A DNA stretch of 62,045 bases from Paraglomus brasilianum (taxonomy: Eukaryota), in assembly GCA_910592345.1 (NCBI GenBank), contig CAJVPI010000067.1, forward strand, positions 1-62,045, written 5' to 3'. Of the stretch, positions 12,425 to 25,189 are shown piece by piece (position 1 is the first letter of the stretch; each line of letters starts with the position of its first letter). Under the pieces are notes generated by a model, which ran no database searches, was not told the origin of the DNA, and saw nothing but the letters and a program-made list of their open reading frames with translations. The position numbers and the translations under genes were made by a program.

Positions 12425-12694
12425 ATGAGCACACAAAACGCACAACAAACGCGGTACGGGGGCGGGGAAACCGATGACTATTCAAGTGACTCAGATGTCT
12501 ATAGTGATAATATATCTGAATGTGAATCAGAAAATTGCAGTGATTATGGTTCCGACTATGAGCCAGATATTGAGACCAGTACTATTAAGTCTCCGTCATC
12601 CCAACCCCCTAAAGTAGAAGAACAAAAGTTCAATAAGACATATATTCTACGGCAGGAAAATTCAACGATAAATTTACCAAAAAAGACTTCCTAA
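12425..12694 (+). pseudogene. Short Ser/Asp/Glu-rich ORF, probably a truncated gene start
   Basis: AAAAATG start context; MSTQNAQQTRYGGGETDDYSSDSDVYSD...; stops after 89 aa. Confidence 0.4.
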
Positions 12695-12891
12695 ATAAAA
12701 TCTGCGAAATTGCCTCCTCGCCTGCTAGAGAGATATGTCAAACATTAAAGGTTCGTTGGAAGATGTATATTTATGGGACTATCTCTTACGGTTGAGAATA
12801 TCCGGAAAATGCATAGTATATATGCCTAAAATTAATTATCCGAACATTAGTTGTTTTTTCCGATTAAAGATTATAATATACATTCTTGAGA

Positions 12892-13131
12892 ATGGCAGTG
12901 GTACCACAGCAACTAAATATTTTTGATTTACCGGAATTACTAGAACAGATCTTATATTTTTTAGAAATTGATCATTCCCTATATCCTGCTTTATTTGTTA
13001 ACCGTCTTTGGTACAAGTGTGGTGTACCACTACTATGGAGAATAATTGAGTTAAAAGGTAATGATATCCATTATGGAACAGTATTTTCCAGTTGAATATA
13101 ATTATTGTGAACGATATCGAACGCGGTTAAA
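12892..13131 (+). pseudogene. F-box-like domain relic (N-terminus of F-box/LRR family gene)
   Basis: MAVVPQQLNIFDLPELLEQILYFL...LYPALFVNRLWYKCGVPLLWRIIEL fits the F-box pattern LP.E.L..I...L......V.R.W; in-frame TGA at 13093; no LRRs follow. Confidence 0.7.
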
Positions 13132-13152
13132 ATGTAACTTTTTATTTATTAG

Positions 13153-14128
13153 GTAATCAAGATGATGACGAGTTTTGTCAAACGGGGAAGAAAATTCGAG
13201 AATACTATCAAAAAACTTTTGAGAGGGGGAAGTTCGTCGATATGAGTGAGTATTTCACTGAGTATTTGTTAAGTGGTTATTGTATCTGAAGGTATGCTGC
13301 CACTAGGTGTAAATCGGAGTTTCTGAAAGCGCATCGTGGCCACAGCTTGTAAGTTATTGTATTAGGTAACTATTTAGTGTAGATATCTGAAGTACGCTGC
13401 CACTAGGTTGGAGTTTCAACGTACATTTGCGAGACTCCATACCGAAAAGCACCGGGTCTGTGGTGAATAGGATACATTAACCATTTGAATTGAAAGCGCA
13501 TCGTGGCCACAGCTTGCGAAAGTCGCCAGTCAGGTACCCAACCCTGGCGTACGGTGGACGGCCTGCTGTGAACGTTCTTCAACTGGTTAATAACTATGAT
13601 GATACATTTACTCATTTTCTATTTATATCCATAGGCATGAACCGGGCGATGGAGGTGTTGATTTGAGTGGGTGGTTTAGAGGGTGTTTCCTAATGATCCA
13701 GTGTAAGGTAATTATCTAATACCGTCGTCACTTATTTCAATTGTGTTTAAGATTTAAATTTTTATTTATATTATAGGTGGGGGAAGGTGGGTGTCGTATG
13801 AAGATGTACAGAGATTGGAGGGGGGTTTTATCGGGTACCAAGAAAGAGGTTACTATTATTGTTATTATCTTGGTAGCCCGATCCAAAAAAAGATTCACTA
13901 AATGTGCGGAAAATAGAGCAAAAGTAGCCAAAGAGTCGGCCGGATATAAACATCATCTTAACAGATGAGCATAACTTATATTCGGATTTGATTGAATACA
14001 TCGAGTCAAATAGACTTGATAGCTCTAACAATATAAATTTGAGGAATCAGCTTGTTGAAGCTCGCGAAGAATTTAGAGCAGAGCTTTCTGAACTTCGACA
14101 AGAAACTCACATAAGGCTTTCTTGTTGA
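13153..14128 (+). pseudogene. Spliced Mrr_cat-like (PD-(D/E/Q)XK) endonuclease pseudogene with C-terminal coiled coil
   Basis: AG/GT-bounded exon 13635-13707 encodes HEPGDGGVDLSGWFRGCFLMIQCK; next exon VSYEDVQRLEG/VLS...VIILVARSKKRFTKCAENRA...GY/NIILTDEHNLYSDL with two frameshifts; an upstream exon has an in-frame TAA. Confidence 0.7.
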
Positions 14129-14512
14129 ATAATCGTATAAATGCGTCACTGTCACAGATGATTCACCAAATTTGCAGTTAGTAATTGGCTGGTTTTATTG
14201 AAAGTAATTAATTATATTAAACATCCACCTCAGCTGTGCTTAATAAAGGACACGTAAAATTAAAGCTTCAATATACTAATAAATTTTCCGGAATATTTCA
14301 TTCGAGGACCAATCAATTCAACACCAGTAATAGATGCCCACATATTATTAGTACGCTTTGAACGCAAATACTTCACTGGATATGGCATCGATTACACCCA
14401 GAATTTCTGAATATCTCTATATATAGTTAGCATATAATCAAATTGTCTTTTTTTTTATTCACCGTTTTCGGTTTTTTTCCCCCACAATATATCACATCAA
14501 TCACGACTTATT

Positions 14513-14566
14513 AACCCAATGCCAACCCAATGCCAACCCAATGCCAACCCAATGCCAACCCAATGC
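14513..14566. repeat. 11-bp tandem repeat (AACCCAATGCC)x5 in the 3' UTR of the PLC-like gene
   Basis: Directly visible. Confidence 0.95.
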
Positions 14567-14593
14567 CCAAATTCAATCTTCTAAATACCAATC

Positions 14594-15797
14594 CTACAAC
14601 AATCCAACCATCACAAGAGCTACAAAGAACAATCCATTAATCATCGTCATAGATACTCCTGAACCCTTCTGTAAGCTGCTCGCAGTCGCTGTTTGGTTAG
14701 ACGACGACGACGACGACGCCTCACCCAACGGCTTGGGCGTATATGTTACATTATTCAATTCCGCTACGACTGAAATGATGTTAACACCTTGACTGCCCTG
14801 ATCGTAGAAATCAACCGATACATAGTTGGGAATCCGTCCGAACGCCTTTGTACATTGCTGTGCATGCTGTTCGAGATTGGGTCCGTTGGTCGAGCTTGCG
14901 GATCCTGGTTGAGGAATTTCGACATTCGAATTGCCCAACGCGCCGTAGAGGAAGTGGTTGATGTTATACAGACCAATATTAGCGGGCGAGCCACCTTGTG
15001 GACGGTCAACGACACACTTCCAAGCGTTCGGGTCCGTGGTAGTGAAGGGCGTATCGATCACGTAAGTAAACTCGTCGTGAAGCCTGCATGAAGAAAGGAA
15101 AGTGAATTAATTGATCAGTTGTTAGCATCGGTTACATGCTTATTCAAGATTTGATTGCTAGGTAATGATTAGTTCCTTGCAACAAGTAAGCAATAATATG
15201 TTCGCGTCTTTTCCAACTCAATCCCCCCTTTCTAATTGCTTACCATGGCACACTGGGCGAAGCTCCAGTATCGATGAAATTAATCAATGTCTTCCCCTTG
15301 CTAATTAATTCGGAAAGACTGGGCCATTGTTGCTGCCCTGTTGGTTGTGTATATGCAAATTTATCCAATCCTGCCTGCTGGTAGGCCGTATTATATGTGT
15401 TAGCATCTAGATTTCCTGCATTCTCCCAAATAATTGTTATCACTTCATTGGGGTTCGCTCCCAGAAAATCAGCGATTGTTTTTAACACGGTTACGGCGTT
15501 ACCCGCATTCTCTAAAAGACACGAGGTATGGCATAACTGAACGCCAGAGCCGACCGGTGGCTTATGTCCATCAAGCATGAATGAACGGATACCATCGTTG
15601 AGCTGAGTGCTGATTGGAAAGTTTTGATTCGCTGCGGGATTGCCTTTAACAGCCGAATAAGAATTGTGAGTGCCGGCGAATGCGATTTGATGATATGGTC
15701 TCGAGCAGAGTTCGCTATGGCCGTTGCATTGCTGGGATAGGGCGGGTGATATGAAGAAAAGGGTTGCCAAGGCTGTAATTATATGGAATGATCGCAT
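14594..15797 (-). CDS. Secreted, probably GPI-anchored PI-PLC X-domain / PLC-like phosphodiesterase, 2 exons
   Basis: Signal peptide MRSFHIITALATLFFISPALS; CNGHSELCSRPY, THNSYS, QLNDGIRSFMLDGH, LCHTSC, NPNEVITI; intron ~15243-15084 joins VPW/LHDEFTY; NHFL, GRIPNYVSVDFY; Ser-rich spacer and hydrophobic C-terminus. Confidence 0.9.
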
Positions 15798-18700
15798 GGT
15801 TGACTTTTGGTTTGCTTGGATCGAATTTGCTTTGTTGGTTGAACTGCCCGGCCAGGTATATATTATATCAAAGTATATAAATATTCTATAACTTTTTGTA
15901 TATGTATAAAATATGTTTGAATTATCTAAATTGGTTGTTGTGCATATGTTGTTTGCGAGTTTAGAGTGCTATTGACGGAAGTATGTGAGGGTGATGAGTA
16001 AAGCTTGCTCACAGGCCGTATTCCCACTATATAATATAGTCCCCAGATATGTATCTATCTATGTATATATATGTATATATGTATATTATATAGTATACCG
16101 AAACTGTTATGCCTTTTCCCAGGGATGGATACCAAAAGAGTGTGGTGGTTTGTAAACTGTTCAACAGTCTTATTATATTACTGAAGGTGGAAGGGGTCTG
16201 AGGACAAAAAGAAATGAACAGAAATAGTAAACGCAATTAAAGGAGATATTTGTAGACCCTTTCCAGGGTTGATTGACTTCTAATTGGGGGAAGTATAAAT
16301 AGATGCGCACAAATGGGGAATATTCAGCGTATTACAAATTTAGTAAGACCATGACCAGTAGAAATAATGAAATAAAGATCATAAGCGTCAACAAGAGCCC
16401 GACTCGATGCTTACTAAAGTGGTATCATCTATCACTAGTTTAAGGGCAACTGATTGTACTTGTCCATTCTCATCGCCCATCTGTGTATCATTCAAATGCC
16501 AAGACTTTGGACAATAAATGGTTGGTACTGTTTTGGTTGTGAAACAAAAGGTTTCAAAGCTTGCCTCCGCGTTGTTGGGCAGGCAGGCAATGTACAATGA
16601 CTGTGACTATGGAGCTAGTAATCTACAAGTACTAGTAAATATCCTACGTATAAAAACAAACATCTTGTCGTTGTCGTTTCGTTTTGGCAGAATTTCAGCA
16701 TATGAAAGAGTATTCCAATTCGTCTTTAAAATCTCACAATAGTGATCGGAATGCATGCCAAGTCTTTTCAGCCTTAAATGTTATTGTGCTTGCCTCCCGT
16801 TCGGGGGAACTTGCCAGTTTCAATCTTGAATGGGCATCGGTACCTTATCTCGATGCGCAGTACAGTATATCACATGGTGTAGAACTTGTCTCAACATACA
16901 AGAGTACAAATTAATTGCACGCAATCTTTGTGGACTTGCAACTTATTATAAACCGCCCCTAACTACAATCAAACAAGAAGGTTTCAGTTATTATACTTTA
17001 TTTGGAGAAAGTTAATAACCGAGTCATTTGATTCAAACCAGCCAATCATGGAAGTTTCCAACTAGCTGTTTATGTCAATGTGAATGGGTTTCAAAACACC
17101 GAAACCTGCCTTTGTGCATCCACTTTTTATATGACGTTATTACAATAATCGATCTTTTAATAATCGGTTTCCAAATCGGGCCTAAATATCATATAATATA
17201 TTAATGAGCGTAATTTTGCCTTTGTCAGAGAAATAATGCCGATTGACTGGTATCATGGTTCAACAAGCTAACTAACAGCAGTAAAGCAAACGCAACCGTT
17301 ATTACTGTGAGATTGAATTAATTATATCGCTGCTAGGAATTTCAACTATCATCTCCTGCATAGCCAGGCGCTTTCCAGTAATTATACAGTACATGTATTT
17401 CTCAGCTGTACATGGCTCATGTAGACAATAAATTCTTGTAATCCCCAGCCACCAAACGCTGGCGTGACGGAATGTACCGGTAGAATATGCCTCGCATCTT
17501 GATCTCTCTCATCTTAGGATTAAAGTCTGGCTGACAATTGCGGTATGTTCAATTTAACGATTGCCTGTCTGAATATACGCAGTTGTATTCCCATGTGTAA
17601 ATTGACCTATTGGAATTAACGACTTTGCCTACCCTTTTGTCGAATAAACATAGCCATGCAAAAAGTCATACGCGGGATCTGTTTTGTTTGCACTGTTTAA
17701 TGATTAACCGAGAATATTCATTTTCACAAGGTAAAGCATGCTGTGCGTCCAAAAAAAAAAAGACTTTAGGGGGTGTATCGAAGGTTTCGTGCAAAATTGT
17801 TTGTATTCGTCAAAGTTTACATCTACAACGGAATTAACATTGTGGTAGCGGCATCTTTAGTTGCCTTAGCAGTGATTGATAAAAAAGAAATGGGACGTAT
17901 TCATCACGAATCTAGACTTGACTTTACGTATATGCTCAGCTCTACAACAATTATGTGTAATCACTCACTTTGTTGATATCAATGGTCGTTCTTGTATGAC
18001 ATATCTACTAATGTATGGTTGGCAGAGATATAATCATTCGAGGTGAATGCTCATTGGCCAAGTTCAAATATTAAAATGGGGGTTCCATTTATTTATAGTT
18101 ATGACGCATGAAGATTGTCTGTTTTGTTGGACGAACGTCCAGGATAAGTTACCATATGTTTGTTTATATCAACAAGATCGGTATCAGTACTTGCGGCTAT
18201 GAAACTAGATATGTCATTAGCAGCATTTTAGTGAAATTATTGCAACTCGGCTCTCAGTTGTTTTATATGCGATTGGGTTGTTGTTTGGAAGTGGCATAAT
18301 TGCGGTCTGATGCCACGTGTTTCACTAGTTGTTGGGATGGATGCATTCAATCGAAAGTGAGAGCATTATCTTGTCAAACTGTGTAGAGTATTACGCCACT
18401 GGCTGGCTGTTGCTGATTACTAATTGATAATTACAAACATGTTCGGGTTTGATATATTAATGTAATGTATTTTAATTTGTGATGGTAAATCCTAAATGCA
18501 AGAATTCGGGTCCCTGCATTGGTTTACGTCATGTAACGTATCAAAATCGCCCCCCACAAAAAAAGTGCGGAGTTTGAAGTGACGTGATAAATATATTGCT
18601 CGTTGACATTAAGCTACATTTGGGTTCATTGTCGAATTTCGCGAATATATATGCATTTCTCTTGACATTTATGTTAAACGGAATTACCAAGTAAATTTTT

Positions 18701-18948
18701 AGTCATTGCTTAGATAAAGTTCCGAATCCGTTTCACTAAATCACTAATATTCACTCCACTTGCTAAACTTGGAATTGCAATATTTCCATATAAATTACCC
18801 GATTAATTGAGGATCTACAGACAACCATCTTTGATTGGAAAGTGTGACAAAAATTCCCTAATTAAGCCCCTGCTATTAAAGTTCGCGCAAATCACTTTTG
18901 TCAATATTTAAGGTAAAGATCATTCAATACTTACTAACCAAAGAAAAT

Positions 18949-21682
18949 ATGTACCTTCTCGGTGAATTCCCTATCAAGCGGGCCATTGTCTCCAACATTA
19001 GACGAGCGTCCGGCACACGGTGAGCCGATATAATGCCATTACCGTATTTACATTTATTACCTGTTGTTAAAAAATTGCCTCTTTAGCCAATATCGCCGTC
19101 CATGCGCTCTACAAAATCGTTTGTACTCTCAGGTCGCTCGTGACTCCAGCGAAACGCCAACTACATTTTCCAACCAGAGTCGTATTCCTCGACTTCCCAT
19201 TCCCACACTTCAGGAGACAGCCGAGCGATATAAGAGAAGTTTATTACCAATACTGGGTTCTGAGGATTATGCTCGTGCTGCTAAAGCTGTCGACGAATTT
19301 GTTAGTCCAAATGGTCTAGGAGAGGTTCTTCAACAGAGACTGCACGATCTAGATAAGCAAGAACCGGTAATTATTGCTCTCGGATAATCTTTTTTTTTTT
19401 TTTTTGGACGAGTTCTTTTGATCCCTGCTGATATTCATTCGATTTTAGCATAATTGGTTAGAAAAGATCTGGTTGGCCAAAGCATATCTCGAGTGGCGAG
19501 ACCCTTCTCTTATAAATGTCAACTGGTGGTGTGAATTTCGTGATCCTGCAGGTGGCATTCTCAAAACTCCTCCACCTCGTGGGGAATTTTCTGATTTGCA
19601 ACTGTCCAGAGCAGCGGGAATCATATCGAATTTATTGACTTTTAATGATGGAGTGAATAGGTACGGCAACGATTGAGTGAACAAGGGCTTTTAGTTGAAA
19701 CTGTATCGCATAGCATGTTCTGTAACGTGCTCAATAATCGTTATATGATACTCTTATCTCAGTGAAAAATTCCCCCCCGAATCGACAAGACAGGGCCCGC
19801 TATGTATGAATCAGTACAAAAACCAGTTTGGCACTACTCGCATCGCCGACTCGCCAGCAGATAGACTAATTACAACGTGGCCAGCGACGGCCAAGCATAT
19901 TATTGTTCTGACGAGAGATCATATATTTAAAGTTCAAGTTCTCGGAGAGGGCGGCGCGCGAGTCCCGATTAAAGCAATAGAACAGTATGTAAGAAATTTT
20001 TTATCGGTTTTCAAAAGGAATAATGTACAACATGCTAATTGATCTGTTCTCATAGACAATTGAGAACCGTGGCGACTATGATGAAAACTGCACAACAAAT
20101 AGATTCCCCCGTTGGTTTATTAACAGGCGAGCACCGAGATACTTGGGCAGCGGTAACTACTTTCACTTTTTGTACCTTGTTGGTATCCACCCTCATGGAG
20201 TACTTAATTCTATCTTGTTAGGCGAGAAAAGCTCTAGAGGATCTTTCACCTGAGAATCGCGTTTCGTTTAACGAAATCGATACTGCATTATTTGCCGTTT
20301 GCCTCGACGATTACTCTGTTGATACCAATATTGATATCTCGCATCATAATCTTTTCCATGCGTTCAACGGCAGAAACCGCTGGTTTGACAAGTCACTTCA
20401 AATCATCATACAGAACAACGGTCGTGCCGGCGTGAATGGAGAGGTAAGCCCATCGAACCATGGTCGTATATTTGTTGTAGTATTCAGAACAATGACAAAT
20501 GACAGTCGATTGAATATAGCATTCACCGGCAGATGCCGTCATCCCTGGTAACATTTTCGATAATATTTTGACAATGTAAGAGAATTTGACTGTCTGAACG
20601 TAGCGTCTATATATCTCTGTTTTTCCATAACCACAATGTTTTCTCAAAATGTGGTCTTATCAACCAGAGAGCCACAAGATCCTCAGAATGCATCGACGGC
20701 AATTACACTTCCGCCACCGCAACCTCTTCAATGGGTCCTTGACAACAAATTAATCAACGTCATTAGCAATGCAAAAGCTAACATTCAAAAGGCCATTGAT
20801 AATGTTGAGAGTGTTCTACTGCACTATCCCGAGTTTGGATCGAATTGGCTGAAGAGCGGTAAAGTACGCGAAAATATGATCATTGTCGTTGTGTTTCATA
20901 AACCCCACCCCCGCCCCCCTACTAATAGACGAATGTGCCTCTGTAGTGAAGCTCAGCCCAGATGCATTTGTTCAGATGGTTCTTCAACTTGCTTACTATC
21001 GACATCACGGTGAACCAGTGCCCACTTACGAGACAGCTTCAACAAGAGCATTCCTACACGGTCGAACCGAAACCGTGAGATCATGCTCGGTGGATAGCGT
21101 TGCGTTTACCAAAATTTTTGATGATAAAGATGCCAAGGTAATGTAACAAGCGTTCGTCATTGTGAATGAGAGGCATTAGAAAGACTGTTGACGATTGCTT
21201 GGCTTTAACAGAAAGAAGAGAAGCTTGCGTCGTTTACTAATGCTATCAAGGCCCATTTGGAATATATGATAGCAGCGAGCTCAGGTAAAACAAAAACAAA
21301 CGGTATTTTACGTGTCGGCAGGCTTATCGATCGATTATTCTTCAATTATGTAATTTTAGGCAAGGGTGTTGACCGGCATCTTCTTGGATTGCGCACGCAG
21401 ATCCAATCCGAGGAAGAACAATCTCGAGCGCACATATTTACCGATCCATCCTATATCCAATCCATGTACTTTAAATTATCGACATCTAACATGAGTCCAG
21501 GTGATAATTTTTATGGTGGCTTTGGTCCTCTCGTTCCTGAAGGGTATGGTATCAACTATGCTATTGGCAAGGACAATATCAAGTTCAGCATAAGCAGTTC
21601 GAAGACTGTTAGCGAAACAGATAGCGTCGCCTTCAGGAAGACCCTCAAGAATACATTGAACGATTTGAGAGCTATAATATAG
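18949..21682 (+). CDS. Carnitine O-acyltransferase (choline/carnitine acyltransferase family), likely mitochondrial
   Basis: Arg-rich leader MYLLGEFPIKRAIVSNIRRASGTR; IPRLPIPTLQET, NWLEKIW, NRWFDKSLQ, catalytic NGE|HSPADA, SPDAFVQMVLQLAY, TYETASTRAFLHGRTETVRS, GVDRHLLGL, LSTS, GFGPLVPEGYGINY. Confidence 0.93.
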
Positions 21683-22518
21683 TGATTCCTAAAGTTAATG
21701 TTATTCATTACTATTGGATTATGTTTCTTGAAACATGTGAATAGAATCCTGATACAAAAGTATTTAAGTGTTACACGTATAAACAACAGTCTCAAAAATA
21801 AACTTGTTAAAAAGACGGTAACATGTTTGGCTAAAAACACCGTACGCTATACCCATTTTATTCCAACTGACAAGAAAAAAACAAGGTATGCTTTATCCTA
21901 ACATTGAACATAGAAGACATATCTAACTTGTGAAAGCATAAACATAAACAGTCTTCTAAAGACCAAGTATCTGCTTTGCATAAAGCAATGTTTTATCCGG
22001 GAACAATTCACCGAATCAAGAACATTTAATAGATAATGTAGAAATATAGTGTTATGACAAGGAATGCCTTCATCGAACTCGATAGATATGAGAGAAGGGA
22101 GGGTTACACAAGAGTATAAATATACATGAATGTATATGAAAAGATCAAAGAAACAAGGTCTATTTTTTTTTTAAATCCGCTTGAATTCAAACGGTTTAAT
22201 CAAAAGAAACATGAACGAAATTTAGAAAGTGAAAACTGACCGTCGAACATTATTGGAAGGACCTAATGGTGTATATATGAATACTGTCAAATGATCTATG
22301 ACGTCGCTCAAAGAGTCCAGACTGTTCGCTTTGAGAGGTTTATAAATTTATCGCTCACAGACACATTGAAAGAAAAGAGAATCCGCTCATCGTAAAAATT
22401 TACGACAACTCGAAATAATGGAAGTGGTTTGCATGAACAAAAGTCCCCACGTCTATAAATATAATGATATTTTTTCATCCTCTATTGTCCAAATACGTAA
22501 TTCAATCCAAAGCCCTAG

Positions 22519-22585
22519 TTGTTGTTGTTGTTGCTGTTGTTGCTGTTGTTGCTGTTGCTGTTGTTGTTGTTGCTGTTGTTGTTGT
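22519..22585. repeat. (TTG/CTG)n microsatellite, ~22 units, just 3' of the Sec2-like gene
   Basis: Directly visible. Confidence 0.95.
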
Positions 22586-22641
22586 ATTTTTGTTTATCCC
22601 GAACGTGTGATATATTAATGAGATTTTTTTCCTGTCCATTT

Positions 22642-25189
22642 TTAATGAACCAACATTACCATTCCTTCCAACTCGGAATTATCCAGGTCGTTAACCTCAT
22701 CTTCTTCACGCATACTGATGCTTCCAACACGTGCTAATCCTATCTTTCTCCTGATTTTCAGACAATGCTTGTACATTCCCCAAATAGGCGAATTAGCAAG
22801 CAGTCCCTGGCGCAGGTGAGAAATGTAGGCATAAAAGTCACACACTGCGACCATTTTATCGCGACAGAAACGATCCAAGGGCATCCAAGTCGGCCGTCCA
22901 GATATTGAAAACCTGGCTGAGACATTAGAAGAGGAGGCCAACGCGGTTGTAGTTGGAGGAACGGCTGCATCTGGTCCAGAGAGTCGCATTCGAAACTCGC
23001 AGCTACGGAGTTGTCCACATAGACCACACTTGACTTTTGGCGACGCTGGCGGTTCATGAAAGCCTGTACGCGGAGATGGGATGGAATTCTGACTTGTAGT
23101 TGGCGTGCTTGGTACCGAGTTGGCAGCACTGTAGTTGATGGGTTGTATTTCGCACTGGTTCTTCATGATAGCTTCCAGGAGACGACGTTTATAGAATGGC
23201 GATTTCCAGCCGGACTTGCCTTCGAATAAGCAAGGCTGTATGTCTTCTTGCATGCAGCGTTTCATGAACGGAGAGTTGAGGTTGAGGTCCTTGGACGAAG
23301 GATTATGACCAAACGATTTGACATACTCTTGGAACTCTTCAAAGTAAAGTCCGTCGACGTAGACTTTCTTGGACTTGGCAAACATGAATTCTTCCATCGA
23401 TGCTGAAAATAGACTGGGTGACATGTGACCAAAGTTGCGACTAGCACGAGGACTATTGAAAGGTGACGATGTCATCAAATTCCTTCTGACGATAGAGTTT
23501 CGTGAATACAGATTTGCGCCAGTGGGTGTTGGTGCCGCCTGCCGTTGTTTGGTAGAATCAAAGTGTACCAACAACAATTTCATCTCTCGTAGACGATCTT
23601 CTCTCGAGTGTGAAGACTTTAGGGGTTGCTCGAGTCTACCCTTGAATTCTCTGTTTAGAATCTCCAAATCCTCACGTGCATTGGCTTCGTCGTAGACCAT
23701 TTGGTTGACTTTCTCGAACATTGCATTAATCCAGTCATCTATCTCTTGTTCTAGACTTTCCTTGGAAGATTGGATTTGAGTACGAAGATTCTGCTCCTCG
23801 GCAAGATCAGTAGCCATTGCTGCAAGATCGCGCTTGAGGTATGCTCGTTCTTCGATATGTTGGTCGAGTTGTGCAAGCAAAGTTGCGCAGTTTGGACATG
23901 AGCTTGAAGTTGCAATGTCGGGAATTGGCTCTAATGGACGCAGTCCGGTAAACTCGCTTTCGTCTTCGTCAGATTCTTCATGATCACGTTCGTCGTCTGA
24001 TGCAACAATCTCTTCTAGATCGTCAATGTCAACGATTTCTTCTGGTTCTTCGATAATAGCATGCGATCCGCAAGTATTAGAACTGATGACATTATGGTCG
24101 TTGTCGTCTACCGACGGTGTGACTGTCTCGGCCGTATCATGTCGATGCGGAACATCTATTCGAAGATCAAGTGGTTTGTTTGCTTCTTGTGAAACATATT
24201 CATGATTGTCTTCATCATCAGATAAATTAAAGCCAGCAATGTCCTCATCCCCGCTCAATTCATAGCCGTCTAAACTGATGTCATCCAGCGTAATATGACT
24301 GCTGAATGACTGTGCTCGACTCCGCAATGCAGACTCGCTGTCGCGGCTATTATTATTGTAGCTAGGTTGAAGATTACGAACTTGGTCACGAGATTCGTCC
24401 GACGTGTTGTGATCATTATCGTCATCATTTGGTGTTTCATCTACTTCGGTACGTGAGTCCCGTCGGGCTGTTGTCGGAGGGGTCAAGGATTTTTTGCGTT
24501 CAATTTCGTTGTGAATTATCTTTTCTTGATATCGCTTGGATTTGTTTGATTGCGGGACTTTGTTATTGTTTTGTGCGTTTTTCAGATAATTCAAACATAG
24601 TTTTATACTATCCAAAAATTGTCCTTCCAAATCGGTAGATTCGACGGCAGTAGCGTCGTCATCATCTTTGCTATCGTTATCATCATCTTCGATGGCTTGT
24701 GCTTTGAGCGTATCGACAGTCCTTGCTAGAACGACGATAGCTTCTCGTGCACCGAATTCAAGACGACTCATTTTAGTTTTCAGACCATGGATGTGTTCGT
24801 CCCTTTCACCAATATCTTGTAAAAGTTGATCACGTTCTTGTTCATGTGATTCATTTATAGTCTGAAAACGGAAGTTGAAAAAAAATGAGTATTTGAGCGA
24901 GAGAGAGAGGGCATACACATGCCCAAGCATTCGGCGTTGTCACTTGAATTCCCATGACTATGCTATGTTATCTGCTCTGGACATTCTTTCGGATAACTAG
25001 AAACGAATAATTCGAGTAAATTTTCATGGAATATACCTCAAGGTCGTTTTCCAACTCCAATACTCTACTTTCTAGCTTGCTTATCAAGTCTTGGGCTTGT
25101 AACAATAAAGGGAAAAAGCTTGTTGCATCTGCGGGTAAATCTTGTTCGTCCATTGAGAAAGAGCCTTCGAGTGTTTCTGCAGCTGGCAT
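22642..25189 (-). CDS. SEC2: Sec2/Rabin8-type Rab guanine nucleotide exchange factor, 2 exons
   Basis: Coiled coil SLEQEIDDWINAMFEKVNQMVYDEANARE (Sec2p-like); C-terminal PFMKRCMQEDIQPCL, KCGLCG, LDRFCRDKMVAVCDFYAYISHLRQGL. Exon 1 25189-~25039, exon 2 from ~24862. Confidence 0.8.

Noticed and set aside
16300..18400. Several 60-76-aa ORFs in the PLC/acyltransferase intergenic region
   Set aside because: No recognisable motifs or consistent splice pattern; cannot be supported as genes.
22418..22737. Poly-Cys and poly-Leu ORFs
   Set aside because: Translations of the (TTG/CTG)n microsatellite; no other coding signal.
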